From: a virus
Taxonomy: Duplodnaviria > Heunggongvirae > Uroviricota > Caudoviricetes
Virus record (IMG/VR): IMGVR_UViG_2645727555_000016
Location: 1-31,562 of that record
Length of the DNA: 31,562 nucleotides
Strand: one strand, 5' to 3'
Of this stretch, positions 27,224 to 31,562 are shown piece by piece (the stretch's first letter is position 1; the number at the start of each line of letters is the position of its first letter). Under the pieces are notes generated by a model. It did no database searches. It saw nothing but the letters and a program-made list of their open reading frames with translations, and was not told where the DNA came from. Position numbers and translations under genes: made by a program.

Positions 27224-27299
27224 GCCGGTTTAGCTCAGTTGGTAGAGCAGTCGCTTTGTAAGCGAATGGCCAGCGGTTCAAGTCCGTTAACCGGCACCA
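27224..27299 (+). tRNA. tRNA-Thr (anticodon TGT)
   Basis: Acceptor GCCGGTT/AACCGGC, D-stem GCTC/GAGC, anticodon stem GTCGC/GCGAA (one mismatch) with loop TTTGTAA, T-arm AGCGG-TTCAAGT-CCGTT, encoded CCA. Confidence 0.7.
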
Positions 27300-27304
27300 A
27301 CATA

Positions 27305-27395
27305 ATATTGAGAACATTGGCGTAACGGGGTCATATCCCAATCTATGAATAAATGTTGCGTTGCCGCGTGACAACCAGTGTTCTCAACATTGTGG
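27305..27395. repeat. Hairpin element B: imperfect inverted repeat (ATATTGAGAACATTGG / CCAGTGTTCTCAACATT) between tRNA-Thr and tRNA-Ser
   Basis: Two mismatches in a 16-17-bp repeat; shares the CTCAAC..TTGTG arm signature with elements A and C. Confidence 0.5.
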
Positions 27396-27494
27396 TGAAT
27401 GCACAGGCTGATGTGCCGCAACTACAGTAGTGCGCGCTTTGCGGGGCTTGCTACAACCCTGTGTCGGAGATCAGCACCGACCACCACAATCACT

Positions 27495-27581
27495 GGAGAG
27501 TAGGGAGCATGGTGCTCAAGCGGTCTTGAAAACCGTCCCATTGCGCAAGCGATGATGGTTCGATTCCATTACTCTCCGCCA
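27495..27581 (+). tRNA. tRNA-Ser (anticodon TGA), class II with long variable arm
   Basis: Acceptor GGAGAGT/ACTCTCC, anticodon stem GCGGT/ACCGT with loop CTTGAAA, long variable arm, T-arm GATGG-TTCGATT-CCATT, discriminator G, encoded CCA; D-arm slightly irregular. Confidence 0.55.
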
Positions 27582-27584
27582 GAC

Positions 27585-27660
27585 ACAGCGTTGAGCGGTT
27601 TGGCCTTTTAATCACCCAGATTAAGACTCCGCTAACATAAACCAGACCGCTCAACGCTGT
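27585..27660. repeat. Hairpin element C: 16-bp perfect inverted repeat (CACAGCGTTGAGCGGT / ACCGCTCAACGCTGTG) immediately 3' of tRNA-Ser
   Basis: Arms 27585..27600 and 27645..27660 are exact reverse complements; same arm signature as elements A and B. Confidence 0.6.
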
Positions 27661-27735
27661 GATAGACAATTACGGCAGACGTTCTTAACCATAGCTTGCT
27701 AACATCCTAGCAACACTTTTTTCAGCGCAAAATTC

Positions 27736-27758
27736 AAAGGGGCTTCGGCCCCTTTTTT
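27736..27758 (+). terminator. Rho-independent terminator (GGGGC-TTCG-GCCCC followed by TTTTTT), likely ending the tRNA transcription unit; A-tract upstream may allow bidirectional use
   Basis: Perfect GC stem with tetraloop and 6-T tract read directly. Confidence 0.7.
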
Positions 27759-27885
27759 ACTGGGTTGACTCCAGAATATTTCCAGGTATGGTTTTACCAC
27801 TTTTGGGTCTTCATTTAGCAACGGCAGCATTAGACTGCCTGCATGTGGGTGACAGGATGTGGCAGAAAAACATGGAGATAAGCCA

Positions 27886-28440
27886 ATGAATAAGCGCAAC
27901 CTCAATATTCTTGCCTCTCTGGTAATCATGCTCGCTCTGACGGGATGTAACGAATCGGAGATCGACAAAATTACCTTAATAGGTAGAGATAAAAGCGATC
28001 TTGCACAGAACTATAAAGCCCAGTTCCAAGAGCAAACACCCAGTATTGAGGTATTCGCTCTTCAAGATAAAAATGCACCGAATGAACAGGAACCACATAC
28101 GCATGGAAATCTCATTGATGGAAAGGTTGAATCGTCTTTAACGACAAATGTCGGTAAGTATACGTTCATGCAGATCGGTGAAATGATGACAAGGGAGTAC
28201 GGAAAACCGGTAGCAACGAAAGACAGAATTTTCGACCAAGAAGCTATCTCAGGTATGGACTGTATTGAGACAAAGACCTGTGGTGCAGGCAAGTATTATG
28301 AAGTCTATCGAGGGAAGGATCGTTTAGTAATGGTGATTAACGGTGCAGGCTTTGTGAACGAAAAAGAGGGTGTAACATTGCTTTCTATCACCGATAAGAT
28401 GATTAAAGTTTCACGCTTGAAAGAAGACAAACGCAAATAG
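27886..28440 (+). CDS. Lipoprotein (secreted or outer-membrane), cargo-like
   Basis: ORF 27859..28440; likely start ATG 27886 after GGAGA; signal peptide plus lipobox MNKRNLNILASLVIMLALTGC. Confidence 0.5.
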   Translation: MNKRNLNILASLVIMLALTGCNESEIDKITLIGRDKSDLAQNYKAQFQEQTPSIEVFALQDKNAPNEQEPHTHGNLIDGKVESSLTTNVGKYTFMQIGEMMTREYGKPVATKDRIFDQEAISGMDCIETKTCGAGKYYEVYRGKDRLVMVINGAGFVNEKEGVTLLSITDKMIKVSRLKEDKRK

Positions 28441-28454
28441 CAAATAGCCATAGA

Positions 28455-28982
28455 TTGTTTAACACTGCGAGGTTAAATGTGAGTAACAGAGATGATTTTT
28501 CCCCATCGGTGAAGCGAACACTAGCCGAACGCGTAGGCTGGAAGTGCTCTTATCCTAGCTGCAACCAGACAACTGTAGGTCCAGATAGCAGCAATACAAA
28601 CGGCAGGATTAATAATGGTATTGCGGCCCATATTACAGCAGCAGCGCCAGGTGGACCGAGATATGATCATAGCTTAACCCCAGAACAGCGAAGCTCGATT
28701 GATAACGGTATATGGATGTGTCGTTCACATGCCGCACTCATTGATTCTGACAAATATGCCTATTCCGTTGAGCAATTAAAAAACTGGAAGACACTGGCCG
28801 AAACTCAGCAATCTTTACTGCTTCAAATGGCGCACCAGGTGAGCCAGAATAATTACTCAGAAAGAGACGTCGATGTTCTAAAAGCTATTACTGATATTTT
28901 TAATTATAACTACCTCCAAATGCTGAAGAGCGAACCGTTCCGGGCAAAAGGTTCATGGTTAACCAACTGGTCAACCCTCTAA
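28455..28982 (+). CDS. HNH/His-Me-finger-like protein candidate (start uncertain; ORF track start is TTG)
   Basis: Cys pair CSYPSC, then AAHITAA and NGIWMCRSHAALID, resembling a C-x-C...H...N...H nuclease arrangement; 3' end overlaps the recombinase ORF. Confidence 0.3.
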   Translation: MFNTARLNVSNRDDFSPSVKRTLAERVGWKCSYPSCNQTTVGPDSSNTNGRINNGIAAHITAAAPGGPRYDHSLTPEQRSSIDNGIWMCRSHAALIDSDKYAYSVEQLKNWKTLAETQQSLLLQMAHQVSQNNYSERDVDVLKAITDIFNYNYLQMLKSEPFRAKGSWLTNWSTL

Positions 28983-29797
28983 TATTGGATGGCAAAATTG
29001 TTATGGGCCGCCGCGTTTTCTCTCTGATGAAGCAGTTCCTTAGCTGGTGCGCCTTCCAGGGGATGATAGACGTGTCACCGTTAAACGATATGTCACTAAA
29101 CAAAGTTGCCGGTGGCGCAAAGCCCACACCTCGCGAGCGGAAGCTGACCGACGCAGAGGTATGGGTGTTCTGGAATATATGGGACTACTTCAATGTGTGC
29201 GCTGGTACAAAATGGGCGGCCAGGCTGTGTCTTGTATCAGCAAGACGACCTGACGAAGTACTGCGGGCTAAAAAAAGTGAGTTCAATCTTAAGCGTGGGG
29301 TTTGGAATCAAGGCAAAAGAAACAAGTCAGCACGTGAGCATTCGCTGCCTTTAAGCACATTAATGCGCACATGCATTGAAGAGTTGTTCGAATACGGTAA
29401 AGACAGCCAGTGGCTCGTGCCTTCGAATAAAAAAATCGGGAAAGACCTTCCTATGTCTAAAGTGGCAATATCCCAGGCATTACGTCGTATTCTGGAACGA
29501 CCAGAACTGATGGAGCTTGAGCCATTTACACCCCGAGATTTGCGCCGTACTGCGCGTAGTTACTTCCCAGCATTAGGCATAAGCCAGGAGGTATCACGCA
29601 AAATTATGAACCACAGTCTTGAGGGGATAGATCGGGTCTACGACCGGCACGATTATATGGACGAGATGCGAGACGCCTTAGAAAGTTTCTCGACGTACAT
29701 CGCATCAATCGTAGAGCAACCGGATTTAGACGAAATTGACCACAAATTCAAGGGAGATCGTCTATCAACAGAGCTTATTCGTGTAAATTTTTCATAG
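28955..29797 (+). pseudogene. P4-type tyrosine recombinase/integrase, N-terminally truncated (catalytic domain only); probable remnant
   Basis: C-terminal signature PFTPRDLRRTARSY...IMNHSLEGIDRVYDRHDY resembles P4-family integrase boxes (R...HxLRRT...H...Y), but Arg replaces the usual His in HDLRR and the roughly 100-150-aa N-terminal arm-binding region is absent. Confidence 0.55.
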
Positions 29798-30178
29798 AGA
29801 CTTTATGGCCTCAACAACCTTTTGTGATGCGCCTTTCTCTTTACCGAATCGCTCGTTATATGCAGCAAGAACCTGTTTTTCGTCCTCGTTAAGAGGAGCG
29901 GTGCCTTCTTTGTATAAAAATGCTGCGAGTTCAGGTTGGCGTTCTTCCAGCACCATCATCATTAGACGACTTGGCTCAATACCCAGCGCCAGCGCCAACG
30001 GACGAACCTTATCGATAGGCAAAGGAATTTTGCCACTTTTAATTAAAGAAAGGTTGTTGGCATTTTTATAACCAATAAGTCTGGCTATTTGGGCCTGACT
30101 CATAGGTGAGGATTCAATCAGCCCTGCGATAAAAGCAGCATAGCGACTTTCTATAAATTCAATCTTGTTGTCAGACAT
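29792..30178 (-). CDS. XRE-family helix-turn-helix transcriptional regulator (Cro/CI-like)
   Basis: HTH segment SQAQIARLIGYKNANNLSLIKSG near the N-terminus; 128 aa; divergently oriented to downstream + strand genes, with a palindrome in its upstream region. Confidence 0.6.
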   Translation of the reverse strand: MSDNKIEFIESRYAAFIAGLIESSPMSQAQIARLIGYKNANNLSLIKSGKIPLPIDKVRPLALALGIEPSRLMMMVLEERQPELAAFLYKEGTAPLNEDEKQVLAAYNERFGKEKGASQKVVEAIKSL

Positions 30179-30209
30179 TGTTACAACCTTTGCGCGTTTA
30201 ATTCTCTCT

Positions 30210-30223
30210 GGTAAGTGCTTACC
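30210..30223. promoter_or_regulatory. Palindromic operator candidate GGTAAG-TG-CTTACC, 32 bp upstream of the XRE regulator start
   Basis: Perfect 6-bp inverted repeat; the GGTAAGT half-site matches the core of the recurring motif. Confidence 0.4.
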
Positions 30224-30428
30224 GATATTACATCAAAGGTTAGGGTTGTAAAGCTATTATCATTTTTTCGGCAGGCACTTGTAAGACCGAGCAAAGGTCC
30301 ATGCATGGAGAAAAACTAGCCCAAAATAGGTAAGAAAATTAACTTGCATCTGATATAGATGCATTCAGTATTGATACAAATTTTAGTAGTATTCCTTACC
30401 ATAGTATAAGTTAGAATGGATTGATTGA

Positions 30429-30641
30429 ATGAAAACCACTATTTCCAACCTAATCGCTCTTGAGATCGGACACGTACAGAAATTAGCTGATGAGTGTGTA
30501 GCTGACATCCTCACCGATCTACCGAATGAGCAGATTCAGGTTGGTGTGAATGACACAACTGGCTTTATATTCGAACTTAACAACAAACGCTTCACGCTTC
30601 TCAATACCGGCTCCGGGTCTTTAGCCGTCAGAATCTGTTAA
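30429..30641 (+). CDS. Hypothetical small protein
   Basis: 70-aa ORF downstream of the divergent regulatory region; followed by 9-bp inverted repeat CTGCGCGAA / TTCGCGCAG. Confidence 0.35.
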   Translation: MKTTISNLIALEIGHVQKLADECVADILTDLPNEQIQVGVNDTTGFIFELNNKRFTLLNTGSGSLAVRIC

Positions 30642-30739
30642 CCCCTCTTCTCCCTGCGCGAATGGCTTAGTTCCCTGTTCGCGCAGTGCTACATTAAACA
30701 CACTAGTAAATAATTTGTTTTCATAACAAAGGATTAGCC

Positions 30740-31510
30740 ATGTCTAAAAAACGTTCCATCAAAGAGGTTCAGGACTTCCGTGACAGTGTAAAACGAGTAG
30801 TCGCTCTCCTTTCAGGTAAAAACATCCCTGTTGCAGAACGAGGGGACGACGCTTATGTACGCTATAGCGATGATGGAGAGCCAATTCTCGTAAACATCCC
30901 ATCAATCCCGGATAACGCAACACCGGCATTGATGAATGCTGTGCGCGGATTTCTCGATCATGAGGTTGCTCACATTTTGTTTACCGATATTCGTGTGTCC
31001 AACAAAATGAGAGAAAAAGGACGCGTTCCTTCCTGGTCACTATGGAATGCCTTAGAAGACGTGTTCATCGAGCGAAAAATGGGGCAGGTCTTTAACGGAA
31101 CGAGACGTAATCTGATGGCAACTCAGCGCCTTATAATCGAAAAAGTCTTTAAACCAAAGGCTTCAGAGGCTATTGCTTATTGTGGCAAAGATCAGCGCGC
31201 GCTTTTTCTAAACTTCTTTCTCTGTCCGGTTGCAAGAGCCTGGGATGGCCAAGCACCGTTCGTAGATTTCATGGATGAATACTGGCCTGTCATTGAGAAA
31301 CCAATTTCATTATTAAAAGAACATGGTATCGATGTGGCCGTGCGTAACATGTCTTGCACCGAGGATTGTGTAAAGGTGGCTGCGACCATAGCTAAGATCC
31401 TCAAAGACACTGAAAGTGAAAGCAAAGGTAAGGAGTCAGCTCCGGGAAAAACTTCCGATCCTTCAGACGCTGAACCGCCCCGGGTTTCCTGGAGAGTGTT
31501 TTATCTGTGA
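30740..31510 (+). CDS. Hypothetical protein with HExxH motif (possible zinc metallopeptidase-like); last 41 nt lie inside the terminal inverted repeat
   Basis: Motif DHEVAHILFTD contains HEVAH; RBS AAGGA upstream; 256 aa. Confidence 0.4.
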   Translation: MSKKRSIKEVQDFRDSVKRVVALLSGKNIPVAERGDDAYVRYSDDGEPILVNIPSIPDNATPALMNAVRGFLDHEVAHILFTDIRVSNKMREKGRVPSWSLWNALEDVFIERKMGQVFNGTRRNLMATQRLIIEKVFKPKASEAIAYCGKDQRALFLNFFLCPVARAWDGQAPFVDFMDEYWPVIEKPISLLKEHGIDVAVRNMSCTEDCVKVAATIAKILKDTESESKGKESAPGKTSDPSDAEPPRVSWRVFYL

Positions 31511-31562
31511 ACTCAGGCTGCCAGATCATCGTTTCCGATGGAAGCATAATAAGCTTTTTCTG
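31470..31562. repeat. Right copy of the 93-bp perfect terminal inverted repeat (reverse complement of 2..94)
   Basis: Manual reverse-complement comparison; see the left copy. Confidence 0.85.

Noticed and set aside
26958-27261. ORFs 26958..27182 (-) and 27079..27261 (+) overlapping the tRNA genes
   Set aside because: They overlap tRNA-Asn and tRNA-Tyr, which have convincing cloverleaf folds; the sequence conservation here is RNA structure, not coding.
1-31562. CRISPR array, reverse transcriptase/retron, or diversity-generating retroelement near the tail fibre
   Set aside because: No short direct repeats with regular unique spacers were seen, and no ORF carries reverse-transcriptase motifs (no YxDD-type polymerase block). 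The repeats found are in-frame protein repeats or isolated inverted repeats.

Overview
This window reads as a segment of a tailed-phage (siphovirus-like) or phage-plasmid genome, with nearly all genes on the + strand. It opens with a lambda-like tail module (M, L, K, I, J homologues), where the J-like central fibre protein (1576 aa) carries a long internal tandem coiled-coil repeat array. Next is a 1435-aa side tail fibre with an Ala/Ser/Thr-rich low-complexity region, four dispersed copies of a tail-fibre repeat motif and a C-terminal intramolecular-chaperone-like domain. Small accessory genes follow, including a Cor-like lipoprotein and a probable lysis cluster with an overlapping Rz/Rz1-like spanin pair. 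Then come a ParA/ParG-like partition module, a DUF2971-like gene, a replication module (DnaB-like helicase, primase, ATP-dependent DNA ligase), a lone AT-rich minus-strand ORF, and a chain of translationally coupled small membrane-protein genes. A four-gene tRNA cluster (Asn-GTT, Tyr-GTA, Thr-TGT, Ser-TGA) is interleaved with three related hairpin elements, and is followed by a lipoprotein gene, an HNH-like ORF, an N-terminally truncated P4-type tyrosine recombinase and a minus-strand XRE-family regulator. The two window ends are a perfect 93-bp inverted repeat of each other. A recurring GATAAGTAAGTAC-type motif, with palindromic variants, sits upstream of several modules. No head or terminase genes, CRISPR array or reverse transcriptase were seen. 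All homology statements rest on motifs recognised by eye and need a database search to confirm.
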